The notes beneath the pieces are model-generated. The model saw only the letters and a program-made list of their open reading frames with translations, was not told where the DNA came from and ran no database searches. This document shows, piece by piece, positions 28,108-38,208 of a stretch of DNA of 64,000 nucleotides; the stretch's first letter is position 1; the number at the start of each line of letters is the position of its first letter. The stretch comes from an uncultured bacterium (GTDB lineage Bacteria; Patescibacteriota; Minisyncoccia; Phycocordibacterales; UBA9973), in assembly GCA_903892035.1 (NCBI GenBank), contig CAITGV010000001.1, positions 91,624 to 155,623 on the forward strand, in the 5' to 3' direction. The translations under genes were made by a program, and so were the position numbers.

Positions 28108-28689
28108 TTATATTGCACCAAGCTCACGAAAAGCATCTTCGTAAACACGGATAGTCTGCATAGCCTCATTTTGGCTTAACTTAAAATCTGTACCTTCGTG
28201 GGCAATACGATTGCGAACCTTGTGAGCTTCCCAGAGTCTTTGAAAATTTGCAATATCTCCAGATGGAATATTTTGCATTCTCTCACCCAATGTGTCCCCC
28301 GTGTATCCACGTCCATCAACTACTTCATCTAAAATTGTATCGGCTTCAAGAATTGCCATGCGCCAGTCAGAAGGATTGTCAGAATTAATATGATTTAAAA
28401 CATTTTGCCATTTTGGATTTTGAGATTGATGTTTTTCTTCTGTTGCTGCCATTGCTACTGCATGCTCAATATGCCTGTGTTCATTTTTCCAAATTTCCAA
28501 CATTCGCACTAAGGCATAAATAATAACTGCCAAAAAAAATGCTCCAGCAAAACCAAAAATAAATTGTATTTTTGATGCTAAATGAGTATCGATTGAGTAA
28601 ACTTTAAAATTATCAAAAAAGTGAAGTACCTGATTGAAGAAATATTCAACATTTCCATAGGTTGGGTCTACTGTGAGTCCATTGTTCAT
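28108..28689 (-). CDS. Conserved hypothetical membrane protein
   Basis: TM helix; [25 protein letters not shown]. Confidence 0.8.
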   Translation of the reverse strand: MNNGLTVDPTYGNVEYFFNQVLHFFDNFKVYSIDTHLASKIQFIFGFAGAFFLAVIIYALVRMLEIWKNEHRHIEHAVAMAATEEKHQSQNPKWQNVLNHINSDNPSDWRMAILEADTILDEVVDGRGYTGDTLGERMQNIPSGDIANFQRLWEAHKVRNRIAHEGTDFKLSQNEAMQTIRVYEDAFRELGAI

Positions 28690-28694
28690 ATCAA

Positions 28695-30101
28695 TTACAT
28701 TTTCTCAAATTCTTTGCCAAGAGTAAATAGCAAACTATCTGCAAAATGTGGTGCCATAAATTGAATGTCTAGAGGTAGTCCATTTTTTGTAAAACCATTT
28801 GGTATAGATATTGCTGGAATTCCCGCAATATTTGCTGGCACGGTAAAAATATCAGCCAAATACATAGACAGTGGATCAGATTTTGCTCCAATTTTAAATG
28901 CGGGAGTTGGAGATGTGGGAGTTACAATAACATCAACACTTTCAAATACTTTCCTAAATTCATCTTTGATGGCTTCACTAACTGCTAAAGCTTTTGAATA
29001 ATAAGAATCAAAATGCCCATGTGAAAGAATATATGTTCCCAATAAAATTCTTCGACGTGTTTCTTTTCCAAAACCTGCTCCGCGAGATTTATTGTAAACT
29101 TCAGATAAATCTTTACCAGGGGCTGAGACTCCGTAACGAATACCATCAAATCTTGAAAGGTTTGTGGAAACTTCGGCAGGCATTATCACATAATACACAG
29201 CGAGAGAGTGCTGTGCTTTTGATAAATCAATATCAATGATTTCATAACCAGCATTTTTAAACTTCTCAATACTATTTTTAAAATTCTCTAAAACTTCTGG
29301 ATCTACTCCTTCTTTGAAAAGATGCCACGGTACGCCAATTTTTTTAACTTTTTTATTTTCGAAAATTCTTTTTTCTTCTGGAATTGACTGAGCATCAAGT
29401 GGGTCATGAATTTTAATTGCATTGAAAAATATTTCTGCATCGCTGACATTTTTTGCAATTGGCCCAATCTGGTCAAGTGAATTTCCCATCGGAATTATTC
29501 CTGAACGAGAAACGACACCATATGTTGGCTTGAAACCCACAACACCACAAAATGAAGCTGGTTGGCGTATTGATCCACCAGTATCAGAACCAAGAGAAAG
29601 AAGCGCCATATCACCGGCCACAGCTGAAGTCGAACCACCCGAAGAGCCACCAGCAACTGTAGATAAATCGTAAGGATTTTTTGTTACTCCATATGCAGAA
29701 TTTTCTGTTGAAGAACCCATTGCAAATTCATCCATATTTGTACGTCCTAAAATCACAGCCCCATGATTTTTTAAAATTTTCGCCATAGTGCCATCATATG
29801 TCGAATTATAATTTTCTAAAATCTTTGAACCAGCAGAACAAATTTCCCCTTCGACGAGCATATTGTCTTTGAGCGCCACAGGAATACCAGTGAGAGGTTT
29901 TATGTTTCCACTCTTTATCATTTCATCTGCTTTGTCTGCATCTTTTAAAGCATTGTCAAAAACTTCTAAATAAGCAAAAATATCTTTATTCTTTTTTTGA
30001 ATTTCATCAATATAAGCTTGAGTAAGTTCACGCGCAGAAAAATCACCATTACGAAAATGTGTCTGTGCTTTTTCTATTGTCATTGTTTTTAAGTTAATCA
30101 T
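28695..30101 (-). CDS. gatA: Asp/Glu-tRNA amidotransferase subunit A
   Basis: TNMDEFAMGSSTE, GGSSGGS, GSDTGGSIRQPA. Confidence 0.97.
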   Translation of the reverse strand: MINLKTMTIEKAQTHFRNGDFSARELTQAYIDEIQKKNKDIFAYLEVFDNALKDADKADEMIKSGNIKPLTGIPVALKDNMLVEGEICSAGSKILENYNSTYDGTMAKILKNHGAVILGRTNMDEFAMGSSTENSAYGVTKNPYDLSTVAGGSSGGSTSAVAGDMALLSLGSDTGGSIRQPASFCGVVGFKPTYGVVSRSGIIPMGNSLDQIGPIAKNVSDAEIFFNAIKIHDPLDAQSIPEEKRIFENKKVKKIGVPWHLFKEGVDPEVLENFKNSIEKFKNAGYEIIDIDLSKAQHSLAVYYVIMPAEVSTNLSRFDGIRYGVSAPGKDLSEVYNKSRGAGFGKETRRRILLGTYILSHGHFDSYYSKALAVSEAIKDEFRKVFESVDVIVTPTSPTPAFKIGAKSDPLSMYLADIFTVPANIAGIPAISIPNGFTKNGLPLDIQFMAPHFADSLLFTLGKEFEKM

Positions 30102-30133
30102 TTGATGAAACAAAATATTCTGAATTTTTGTGT

Positions 30134-30219
30134 AAAAGAATGTTTTATATAATTTTTTCGCGCTTTACCCTCTCTACGGGGGCTCCGACACGCTCTAAAA
30201 TTTTACAAAACATTCTTTT
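30134..30219. repeat. Dispersed structured motif, copy 1
   Basis: 39-nt core 30157-30195 is 38/39 identical to 61179-61217; flanked by an inverted repeat AAAAGAATGTTTT.../...AAAACATTCTTTT. Confidence 0.9.
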
Positions 30220-30227
30220 TAAATAAG

Positions 30228-30506
30228 CTACATAATCTTCCTTACTTTTAAATAACCATTCTCCTTCATTGGCATTTCGGCCAGTATGCTTTCTGTATAT
30301 TGCCCCCCGACATTTGCATTTTCATCCTCGCGCATAACATTATAAACAACACCCAATTTTTCGGACACTTCTTTGGTCTCAATAGATTGAATTTGGTCGA
30401 TATAGTCCAAAATTGAGCTAAAATTAGCTCCAATTTCAGCCTTTTCGCTATCGGTCATATCCATCTTTGCGAGCTTTGCGAGCTCGTCTATAACGCTTTT
30501 ATCCAT
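30228..30506 (-). CDS. gatC: Amidotransferase subunit C
   Basis: LAKLAK..ILDYIDQI..NVMRED..YLKVRKI; upstream of gatA. Confidence 0.92.
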   Translation of the reverse strand: MDKSVIDELAKLAKMDMTDSEKAEIGANFSSILDYIDQIQSIETKEVSEKLGVVYNVMREDENANVGGQYTESILAEMPMKENGYLKVRKIM

Positions 30507-30521
30507 GGCTCCAGTATAACA

Positions 30522-32564
30522 TTAAGAAATCATTTTGAGAAAATTTGCCTCATCTAGCACTTCAACAGATAGCTTTTTAGCTTCGGTGAGTTTCGAGCCA
30601 GAATTTTCCCCCGCTACAACAAAAGAAGTATTTTTTGACACAGAGCTCGCGACTTTTCCACCCAAAGAATTTATCCGCATCTTTGCCTCATCGCGCGACA
30701 ATGCCTGCATTGTGCCTGTAAGAACAAAAATCTTGCCAGTAAGTTTTCCATTTTCAACTTTTTTCGCATTTTCAATTTTTACACCATTATTTTCCAATTT
30801 CTCTATAAAATGTAAATTAGTTTTCTCTTGAAAAAAATCATAAACACTTTTTGAAACCACAGGCCCAATATTTTCTATTGAATTAATCTGGCTCGCACTT
30901 GCATTCATTATTTTCTTTAAATTTCCAAAATTATTTGCAATATCCTTCGCAGTCTCTTCCCCGACGTGCATAATACCTAAAGCAAATAAAAATCTCCAAA
31001 GTAAAACTTTTTTTCTTTCTTGAATCGAAGCCACAATATTTTGTGCAGATTTTTCTCCAAATCTTTCTAAGCCTGAAAGGTCGGCTTCAGTGAGAGTAAA
31101 CAAGTCGGCAGAGTCCGAAATTAGTCCTTCTTCCTTGAGTCGGTCAAGAATTTTTGGTCCAACTTCATATATTTCAAAAACATTTACGAAGTGTTGCATA
31201 CCACGACGGTTTTTTGCCGGACACTTTTTATTCACACAATAATAAGCGACCGACCTGTCGGTCGTCCTGAGCGTAGTCGAAGGACCACCCAGGAGTTGCT
31301 CAACTTCGCTTTCGCATACTGGACATTTTGTAGGAATTTTAATTTTTTTCTCTTTACCAGATCTAAGTTTTTTCAAAACTTCCACGACTTCGGGAATTAC
31401 GTCCCCTGCTTTTTGAATAACCACAGTATCACCAATTCTTAAATCCAACCTTTCAATCTGATCAAAATTGTGAAGTGTAGCTTTTGAAACAGTTGAACCA
31501 GCGACAAGCGTTGGTCTAAAATGCGCAAGCGGTGTGATAACTCCAGTTCTTCCCACGTTCAGTGTAACATCTAGTACAATGGTCGTTGCACGTTCTGCTG
31601 GAAATTTATACGCAATTACAGCACGAGGATCTTTTCCTACCACACCCAATCTTTCGTATACCTCTGTACTATCAATATTTACTACTACCCCATCTATACC
31701 AAAAAGTAATGAGTCACGAATTTTTCCGATTTCCTGAATAAATTTATAAACTTCATTTAAATTTTTTATTTTCTTTGTATTTGAGTCTGTCATGAAACCA
31801 AATTTTTTCAATAAGTCATGTTTCAATGAATGCAGTTTTATTTTATCTTTCCAACTTTCATCTATTTGAGCAATTTCATAAGCCATAAAATCGAGCTCAC
31901 GCTCGCGTGTCAGACTTGGGTCAAGTTGACGAAGTGAGCCCGCTGCTGCATTTCTTGAATTTGCAAAAAGTGGTAAACCTTTTTTTTCATTTTGAACATT
32001 CAATTTTTTCCAAACACTTTTTTTCATCAGTGCTTCTCCACGAACTTCAAGAAGTTTTGGATATGGGGCTTTTAGACTAAGTGGTACAGTGGCAACCATT
32101 TTCAAATTTTCTGTAATATCCTCGCCTACCTCCCCGTCACCACGAGTAGCACCACGCACAAATTTTCCATCTTCATACAAAAGAGAAATTGCTAAACCAT
32201 CAAATTTTAATTCACAAAAATACTCAAATTTGGGAGCTAAGCTCCCAAAAAATTTAATATTTCGCTTTTCCCAGGCAAAGAGTTCTTCTTCAGAAAAAAC
32301 ATTTCCAAGTGAAAGAAGTCGAACACTGTGTTGAACTTTTTTAAATTTATCGAGAGGTCTACCAGCAACACGTGAAAGTATGCTATTTGGGTCGTGAAAT
32401 TCTGGATTTTCTTTTTCTAATTGCATTAATTCACGAGTAAGAGAATCATATACATCATCAGAAACAGCCGGATCGTCTGCCACATGATATCGATACCTTA
32501 AATCAGAAATCTCCTTACGGAGCTTGTTTATTCTAGCCAAAATAGCACTTTTGTCTGTACTCAT
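30522..32564 (-). CDS. ligA: NAD-dependent DNA ligase
   Basis: ELKFDG, TRGDG, RNAAAGSLRQ, AYKF, Zn finger, HhH, BRCT. Confidence 0.98.
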   Translation of the reverse strand: MSTDKSAILARINKLRKEISDLRYRYHVADDPAVSDDVYDSLTRELMQLEKENPEFHDPNSILSRVAGRPLDKFKKVQHSVRLLSLGNVFSEEELFAWEKRNIKFFGSLAPKFEYFCELKFDGLAISLLYEDGKFVRGATRGDGEVGEDITENLKMVATVPLSLKAPYPKLLEVRGEALMKKSVWKKLNVQNEKKGLPLFANSRNAAAGSLRQLDPSLTRERELDFMAYEIAQIDESWKDKIKLHSLKHDLLKKFGFMTDSNTKKIKNLNEVYKFIQEIGKIRDSLLFGIDGVVVNIDSTEVYERLGVVGKDPRAVIAYKFPAERATTIVLDVTLNVGRTGVITPLAHFRPTLVAGSTVSKATLHNFDQIERLDLRIGDTVVIQKAGDVIPEVVEVLKKLRSGKEKKIKIPTKCPVCESEVEQLLGGPSTTLRTTDRSVAYYCVNKKCPAKNRRGMQHFVNVFEIYEVGPKILDRLKEEGLISDSADLFTLTEADLSGLERFGEKSAQNIVASIQERKKVLLWRFLFALGIMHVGEETAKDIANNFGNLKKIMNASASQINSIENIGPVVSKSVYDFFQEKTNLHFIEKLENNGVKIENAKKVENGKLTGKIFVLTGTMQALSRDEAKMRINSLGGKVASSVSKNTSFVVAGENSGSKLTEAKKLSVEVLDEANFLKMIS

Positions 32565-32601
32565 AGATACAGTATAACAAATATCTATTTAGTATAGAAA
32601 A

Positions 32602-33102
32602 TTAACTTGTCGGGCCAGTATATGTAATTTCTTCTCTGCGCTCCACACTTCCTGAACTATTTGGTAGATTTGTATTATATCCAAGTGAAACAACTGTTGT
32701 ATTTCCATTACTCATATCTTTAGTTAAAGTAACATCTGCAAATTCTTTTGTATTTATGACAAATGTAAAGTGATAAACATTGATAGATCCAGAATTTGTG
32801 AATTCAATTGGAATACTATTTGCTCCTCCAGCACAATAAATATTTGCTGGACTTGATGTTACAAAATTACTTGTAGTCGTTGTTAAGTCCCAATAAAGTG
32901 CACAATCGGCACCAGTATCTGCAGAATAAAATGCATAATCACTATTTGATGTTGTACTTGTAAGTATCAATTCCTTCATTGCAACATTTGCCAGACTCAT
33001 GGCCATTATCAACACAACACTTGAAACAACTACAGCTAAAAGTATCGCCATTCCATTTTGTCTATTATATTTAATTTTATTGTTTATATTTTTCATATTC
33101 AT
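32602..33102 (-). CDS. PilX-like minor pilin
   Basis: G|MAILLAVVV, AFYSADTG.DCA. Confidence 0.75.
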   Translation of the reverse strand: MNMKNINNKIKYNRQNGMAILLAVVVSSVVLIMAMSLANVAMKELILTSTTSNSDYAFYSADTGADCALYWDLTTTTSNFVTSSPANIYCAGGANSIPIEFTNSGSINVYHFTFVINTKEFADVTLTKDMSNGNTTVVSLGYNTNLPNSSGSVERREEITYTGPTS

Positions 33103-33103
33103 A

Positions 33104-33688
33104 TTATGGATGTGCTGAAAAGGCATAAGGCCATTGATTTAAAAATTCAACATAAGAAATATTTTTATTTGTTCCACCATCTACCCACGATACAGTAGAA
33201 GTAACTTTCACTTCATCAATACCAGAAGTATTCATATGTTCAATTTTAATAGCACGGTAATATGCTTTGCCAGCATTAGAAGTTGTATCATATAAACCCG
33301 TACTTGCATCATAATACAAAGCGCAACCATTCATTGGCCCCATAGGACAAGGTGTACCAACAAGGTCAATGTCTGTTGGAATTATATTACAACCACCGTC
33401 GGTACTACACGCAGGAACATAATTTGATAAAAACAAACTCCAACCAGAAACATTGGGGTTATTTGGAAAATCTAAAATATAAGTATCTCTTGCATTTCTG
33501 ACTAATTCAATACCCTCTTGGGCTAAATATGAAGCGACTAATTTATTTTTGGATGCAAGCACTTGACCTTGGCTTGACGTAGAAAGTGACATAAGTGCAG
33601 TAATAGAAACAGTAAAAATCATTACAGCGACAAGTGTTTCTAAAACTGTAAAACCTTTATTTATTTTTTTATTAAAATTATTTTTCAT
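33104..33688 (-). CDS. PilV-like minor pilin
   Basis: KG|FTVLE, LAQEGIELVRN. Confidence 0.85.
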   Translation of the reverse strand: MKNNFNKKINKGFTVLETLVAVMIFTVSITALMSLSTSSQGQVLASKNKLVASYLAQEGIELVRNARDTYILDFPNNPNVSGWSLFLSNYVPACSTDGGCNIIPTDIDLVGTPCPMGPMNGCALYYDASTGLYDTTSNAGKAYYRAIKIEHMNTSGIDEVKVTSTVSWVDGGTNKNISYVEFLNQWPYAFSAHP

Positions 33689-33689
33689 A

Positions 33690-34343
33690 TTATGGCGCAA
33701 TTGGACCCATATCAAGTTGTCTTTTCGACACTGTTGTCTCTAAGTTAAATGGAATAGTTACATCTTGATATGTAGCTGTACCAGATAATCTAATTATCAC
33801 CCTTGCTTGACCGTCTGTATCTGCAACAAGGTTACTTGCTGGTACACTAGAACCAATAACTTGAAAACCAGAATGATTTGGATCTATTTGAACATCAACA
33901 GCTGAAGTTAAGGTGTGTAAACTTGGATCATTTGGATCAAAATTATTACTTATTCCAAGAGATTTTTTTATGACATATGAACCATTTGTATCCTGCCCAA
34001 TATAATATACTATCCTATTTTCATCTCCTTGATCAGTATTCTCCACACCCCTAATTGCTAATAAATAACTAAAACTAGATGTCGAACAATCTCCTGACAC
34101 AGAAACATCCCCACCTCCACAATGATAATCACTCCCAAGTCGAATATTTCTTGTCATATCTTCCATTGCAAAAGAAAGATTATCCATTGCGCTACGAAGT
34201 TTTCGGGTCACATTATTTGTCTTATTGACTTCATAAATTGCCCCCATGCTCATTGTCGCCAAAATTGTAAAAATACCAACTGCAACAACCATTTCAATGA
34301 CTGTAAAACCTTTATTAAATTTTATTTCTTTTATAAATTTCAT
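33690..34343 (-). CDS. PilW-like minor pilin
   Basis: KG|FTVIE prepilin motif. Confidence 0.85.
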   Translation of the reverse strand: MKFIKEIKFNKGFTVIEMVVAVGIFTILATMSMGAIYEVNKTNNVTRKLRSAMDNLSFAMEDMTRNIRLGSDYHCGGGDVSVSGDCSTSSFSYLLAIRGVENTDQGDENRIVYYIGQDTNGSYVIKKSLGISNNFDPNDPSLHTLTSAVDVQIDPNHSGFQVIGSSVPASNLVADTDGQARVIIRLSGTATYQDVTIPFNLETTVSKRQLDMGPIAP

Positions 34344-34344
34344 A

Positions 34345-34935
34345 TTATTCAACACTTATCTGACCAGTCGAAAAAACTCTTATAGTTTTAGTACGCGAAG
34401 TATTTGCTGATTGTATATCAATTTCAATATCAGAAATTGAATTATTACTTTGATTACGAAAAGTAGCATCAGTATACGGGCGAATAAATGTTACATCTAA
34501 ATCCTGACCTGGAGGATATGAATTCATACCATTGTTTGCAATTAAATTTGAAACAACAATATTGCTAGGTAATTTTAATATATCAAGACACTCTGGAGGG
34601 TTACACACAGATAAAGAAGAAGTGTAAGTCTTATTTCCAGTTGTATCAATAAAATTTACAATTTTATAAAATCCATCACTGTGATCCATCGACAAATGAA
34701 CTCCGTAACTAGGTGCTAAAGTACCAAATGCAGAGTTTTGTAAACCAGAAACTGAATTTACTTGAGCTTTGTGAATATCAAGAGCAATGTCTTGTGCGAC
34801 ATTTGTTAAATTTGCATTGTCGCCAAAGTCTCTAAAATTAAAAAGTACAATGCCGGCAATTATTGCAAAGATACCAATTACAACAATTAGCTCAATAAAT
34901 GTAAAACCTGAATTTTTATTTTTTATATCAATCAT
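34345..34935 (-). CDS. FimT/GspH-like minor pilin
   Basis: SG|FTFIEL, IALDIHKAQ, YGVH, TGQI. Confidence 0.85.
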   Translation of the reverse strand: MIDIKNKNSGFTFIELIVVIGIFAIIAGIVLFNFRDFGDNANLTNVAQDIALDIHKAQVNSVSGLQNSAFGTLAPSYGVHLSMDHSDGFYKIVNFIDTTGNKTYTSSLSVCNPPECLDILKLPSNIVVSNLIANNGMNSYPPGQDLDVTFIRPYTDATFRNQSNNSISDIEIDIQSANTSRTKTIRVFSTGQISVE

Positions 34936-34936
34936 T

Positions 34937-35734
34937 TTAAAAAGTAAACCACGATGCCAAAGTAACAAAACCAATTTGACAAAAATATGCTAAAGCCGTT
35001 CCTAAAATAAGAAAAGGTGCGAAAGGAATTTCGGTCCTCATTGTCACAGTACTTTTTGAAATTTTCTTATACAATTTACTTACCAAAAGCAAAATGATTG
35101 AAAAAATTGCTCCTATCCAAAATGACAATAAGAAAGCTGCGACGCCCTTTGAAAGCCCGAGAAAAAAACCGACAGCAAGAAGGAGCTTCGCATCTCCAAG
35201 CCCTACCCACTTCCCTTTTGAAATAAACCACACGAGAGCAATTGGTAGTGCCAGTATTGGACCAGCAAGTAAAGTATAAATATCTGGGGAATGAAAACTA
35301 TTTGTATAAAAATTAAAAAATACTGAAAAAAGTGAGACTAGAATCAATGGGTATACTAACCTATCTGGAATAATTTTATGTCGCAAATCATAAACTCCGA
35401 TAACGATAAGTACAGAAAATACCCACATTGAGTAAACCATTTCAGAATATGGTACATGACGAAGGAAAAGTAAAAGAAAAACTAAACCAGAAAGAGCTTC
35501 GACTGCAGGATACTGCCATGAAATTTTACTGTTACAGTGCCCGCACTTCCCTTTTTGCACCATAAAACTAAAGATTGGAATAAGCTCACTACTTCTCAAA
35601 GTTTCTCCACAAGACATGCACATTGACCGGCCTCCTAAACCTTTGCCACTTTGAAAACGTAAAATGACAACATTTAAAAAACTTCCGATAATAACTCCGA
35701 AAACAAAAACTATTACATCTGTAAGAATTTCCAT
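34937..35734 (-). CDS. pilD: Prepilin peptidase
   Basis: GSFLNVVI, RSMC..C, YDLRHKIIPD, GLGDAKL, PFAPFL. Confidence 0.95.
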   Translation of the reverse strand: MEILTDVIVFVFGVIIGSFLNVVILRFQSGKGLGGRSMCMSCGETLRSSELIPIFSFMVQKGKCGHCNSKISWQYPAVEALSGLVFLLLFLRHVPYSEMVYSMWVFSVLIVIGVYDLRHKIIPDRLVYPLILVSLFSVFFNFYTNSFHSPDIYTLLAGPILALPIALVWFISKGKWVGLGDAKLLLAVGFFLGLSKGVAAFLLSFWIGAIFSIILLLVSKLYKKISKSTVTMRTEIPFAPFLILGTALAYFCQIGFVTLASWFTF

Positions 35735-35770
35735 ATTTTTATTATACCACCTCAAGCACAAAAACAAATA

Positions 35771-36415
35771 TTAATTTTGTTTCATTATGTCGTAGCAGTA
35801 TTTACCTGAATCATAGTCAGTATTTGAATTCATATTATGAGTGCAACCACCGGTTACACCCTCAGCTGTACCATCAGCAACATTTGTGGCATATTGAGGA
35901 CTACCACACCTATATCCAGGTCGATTTGTAAGGACATTTGTATCATCACTAATAAAATCTGAGTCTGAATTTATCACAGAATTGCTTTTCTCTAATGAAA
36001 CAGCGAGGTGGTAACTATTACAATATACTAAATCGCTCGCTGTAGGTGTTGATGAGGTGTGAAAACTTGGAGCCTGCATACTTAAAGCTGTGTAATGATA
36101 ATTTGAATTTCCTCCTAGTGGATCTACTGGAACAGAGGGCAGATAACCTTCAGCAACTAAACGATTTAAGTTATTTGCCGACGGATTCAAGCTTCCATCG
36201 TAAAATGGATAATATCCGTATTTATCATAATAAAGAGTAAGTGCAGTTTGAATGCTATGTATTTCTTCAATACGTTTTGCGTCGCGAGCTTTTGCTCGAG
36301 CATCTGCCATTGATGCTAAAATCACTCCAGCCAAAATACCAATGATTGCAATTACAACCAAAAGCTCAAGAACAGTAAAACCTTTTTTAATAGAATTAAA
36401 TTTATTTAAACTCAT
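35771..36415 (-). CDS. Type IV pilin / GspG-like
   Basis: KG|FTVLELL, ARAKARDAKR, VPVDP. Confidence 0.9.
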   Translation of the reverse strand: MSLNKFNSIKKGFTVLELLVVIAIIGILAGVILASMADARAKARDAKRIEEIHSIQTALTLYYDKYGYYPFYDGSLNPSANNLNRLVAEGYLPSVPVDPLGGNSNYHYTALSMQAPSFHTSSTPTASDLVYCNSYHLAVSLEKSNSVINSDSDFISDDTNVLTNRPGYRCGSPQYATNVADGTAEGVTGGCTHNMNSNTDYDSGKYCYDIMKQN

Positions 36416-36425
36416 ACATACTCAC

Positions 36426-36869
36426 TTAAGAACAAACTCCAGTTGAAAGCGTACAAGTCACATTTGTGCTTGTTGTAGATGCGCTAAAAATAAGTGTCGG
36501 AGGTGAAGTAAGAGCACCGCCATTTGAAACTGGGAGGTACGCTGCACCTGTAGGCAATGCTGGCCACTTTGCATTGTGTCCAGACAAAGCTCCATATGGA
36601 GATGTTCCGCTTACACAAATTGCAACTCCAGTAGTCGGTGTCCCTGTTGCACTTGGCTGAGAACCAGCTGTGCCAGTACTTACATAACCACTATCATATG
36701 CGCAATTATTTAATTCTGAAACTACTCCGCTAAGTGTCGAAATTGTCGCCGCTCTGATAGACTTTGCTTTCGAAGAACTCATAGATGTTAAAACTATCCC
36801 AGTAATTATCATTATGATTGCAATAACAACCAATAATTCTAGAACTGTAAAACCTTTACTTTTTTTCAT
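36426..36869 (-). CDS. Type IV pilin
   Basis: KG|FTVLELL; WPALP; terminal Cys. Confidence 0.9.
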   Translation of the reverse strand: MKKSKGFTVLELLVVIAIIMIITGIVLTSMSSSKAKSIRAATISTLSGVVSELNNCAYDSGYVSTGTAGSQPSATGTPTTGVAICVSGTSPYGALSGHNAKWPALPTGAAYLPVSNGGALTSPPTLIFSASTTSTNVTCTLSTGVCS

Positions 36870-36922
36870 ATATACAAAGGAAAATATTATTAATTAATAT
36901 GTAAACTATTATATCATTCCCC

Positions 36923-36965
36923 AAACAAAAAACCACTCCGACTGAAGCCAAAGTGGTTTTTTGTT
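36923..36965 (-). terminator. Terminator after pilin 36986-37438
   Basis: AACAAAAAACCACT...AGTGGTTTTTTGTT. Confidence 0.75.
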
Positions 36966-36985
36966 AATAAATAATCAAGAAATGA

Positions 36986-37438
36986 TTATGAGCAAGTTAG
37001 ATTTGTTGTAGTACCTTGTACACAATGAATATCCGCAAAACCAGTTCCCCCTACAAGATAGAAATCAGTACCACTTGCCAATGTACCCGCTGTAAATGCT
37101 GTTGGAGTTGGACCAGCTGCTGAAGAATATTGGTAAGGGTTGCCTGCAGGTAATGCTGGCCAAGTAACTGTGTGATTACCACCAGTACAAATTTGTGTTG
37201 TTCCAGGTGTTACAGGATTGTTAAGTGTAAGGGAATCATCATAACACAAAGTCATTTCTGTTCCCAAACCAGAAACTGTTGCCAAAGCTGAAGCTTTTTT
37301 AGCCTTGTTTGTAGCACCTGACAATGATGTCAAAACGATAGATGCAAGAATACCGATGATTGCGATAACGACGAGCAATTCGATCAATGTAAAACCACGA
37401 CTTTTAAGAACGGGTAAACCTTTTTGTTTATTAAACAT
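36986..37438 (-). CDS. Type IV pilin (major-type)
   Basis: RG|FTLIELLVVIAIIGILAS. Confidence 0.92.
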   Translation of the reverse strand: MFNKQKGLPVLKSRGFTLIELLVVIAIIGILASIVLTSLSGATNKAKKASALATVSGLGTEMTLCYDDSLTLNNPVTPGTTQICTGGNHTVTWPALPAGNPYQYSSAAGPTPTAFTAGTLASGTDFYLVGGTGFADIHCVQGTTTNLTCS

Positions 37439-37504
37439 ATATATAAAAAAATTAATTAATAATAAAATAATAATACAACCTAGTTACTATTATACTCCTC
37501 TCAA

Positions 37505-37537
37505 AACAAAAAACCACCTAGGTGGTGGTTTTTTGTT
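37505..37537 (-). terminator. Terminator after pilin 37560-38003
   Basis: AACAAAAAACCACC-TAGGT-GGTGGTTTTTTGTT. Confidence 0.75.
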
Positions 37538-37559
37538 AATAACTTAATCAAATTCCAAA

Positions 37560-38003
37560 TTATGAACAAATAAGATTTGATGTTGCAGACCATCCACAAG
37601 TAATCGTAGGTAAAGTTGCACTTGTTAGATAAAACGAATGAACAGCGTTACTTGTTAATGCAGTATCTGCTGTAGTACCAGAATATGTACTTGCAGTTGA
37701 GTATTGATAATCTCCCGGAAGAGTTGGCCAGTTTACAACTGTGTGATTAGCTGCATTTGAACCCAAAGTTCCAGTAACTCTACAAATTGATGCTAAAACA
37801 ATTGGTTGAACTGGTGTAGCACTATCGTCTATACATAATATCAATTCTGTTCCTACACTTGAAACTGATGCCAAAGCTGAAGCTCTCTTAGCTTTGTTTG
37901 TTGCTCCTGACAATGATGTCAAAACGATTGATGCCAAGATACCGATGATTGCAATAACAACGAGCAATTCGATCAATGTAAAACCTTTTTGTTTATTTAA
38001 CAT
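37560..38003 (-). CDS. Type IV pilin (major-type)
   Basis: MLNKQKG|FTLIELLVVIAIIGILAS; probable start 38003. Confidence 0.92.
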   Translation of the reverse strand: MLNKQKGFTLIELLVVIAIIGILASIVLTSLSGATNKAKRASALASVSSVGTELILCIDDSATPVQPIVLASICRVTGTLGSNAANHTVVNWPTLPGDYQYSTASTYSGTTADTALTSNAVHSFYLTSATLPTITCGWSATSNLICS

Positions 38004-38166
38004 TTTAATAATATAAAACTTATAATTAATCTTCTCTTCATTACTAAATGTTGGAAGAGAAAACGACCTGCTTTCAATCTTTCGATAGAAAGACTTTGTT
38101 TCTAATAGAATAATTATATCACGAGAAGAAAAATAAAGGGCAATATAGGGGGCTGTGGATAAGTAT

Positions 38167-38205
38167 CCCCCCTCTCCTTTACAAGAAGAGGGGTTGGGGA
38201 GAGGT
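38167..38205. repeat. REP-like GC-rich palindromic element
   Basis: CCCCCCTCTCCTTTACAAGAAGAGGGGTTGGGGAGAGG just after the pilC stop. Confidence 0.6.
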
Positions 38206-38208
38206 GAC

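Noticed and set aside
38020-38105. c-di-GMP riboswitch upstream of pilin
   Set aside because: Stems are present but the conserved GEMM nucleotides are not recognisable.
38154-38162. oriC
   Set aside because: Single DnaA box; no box cluster and no dnaA nearby.
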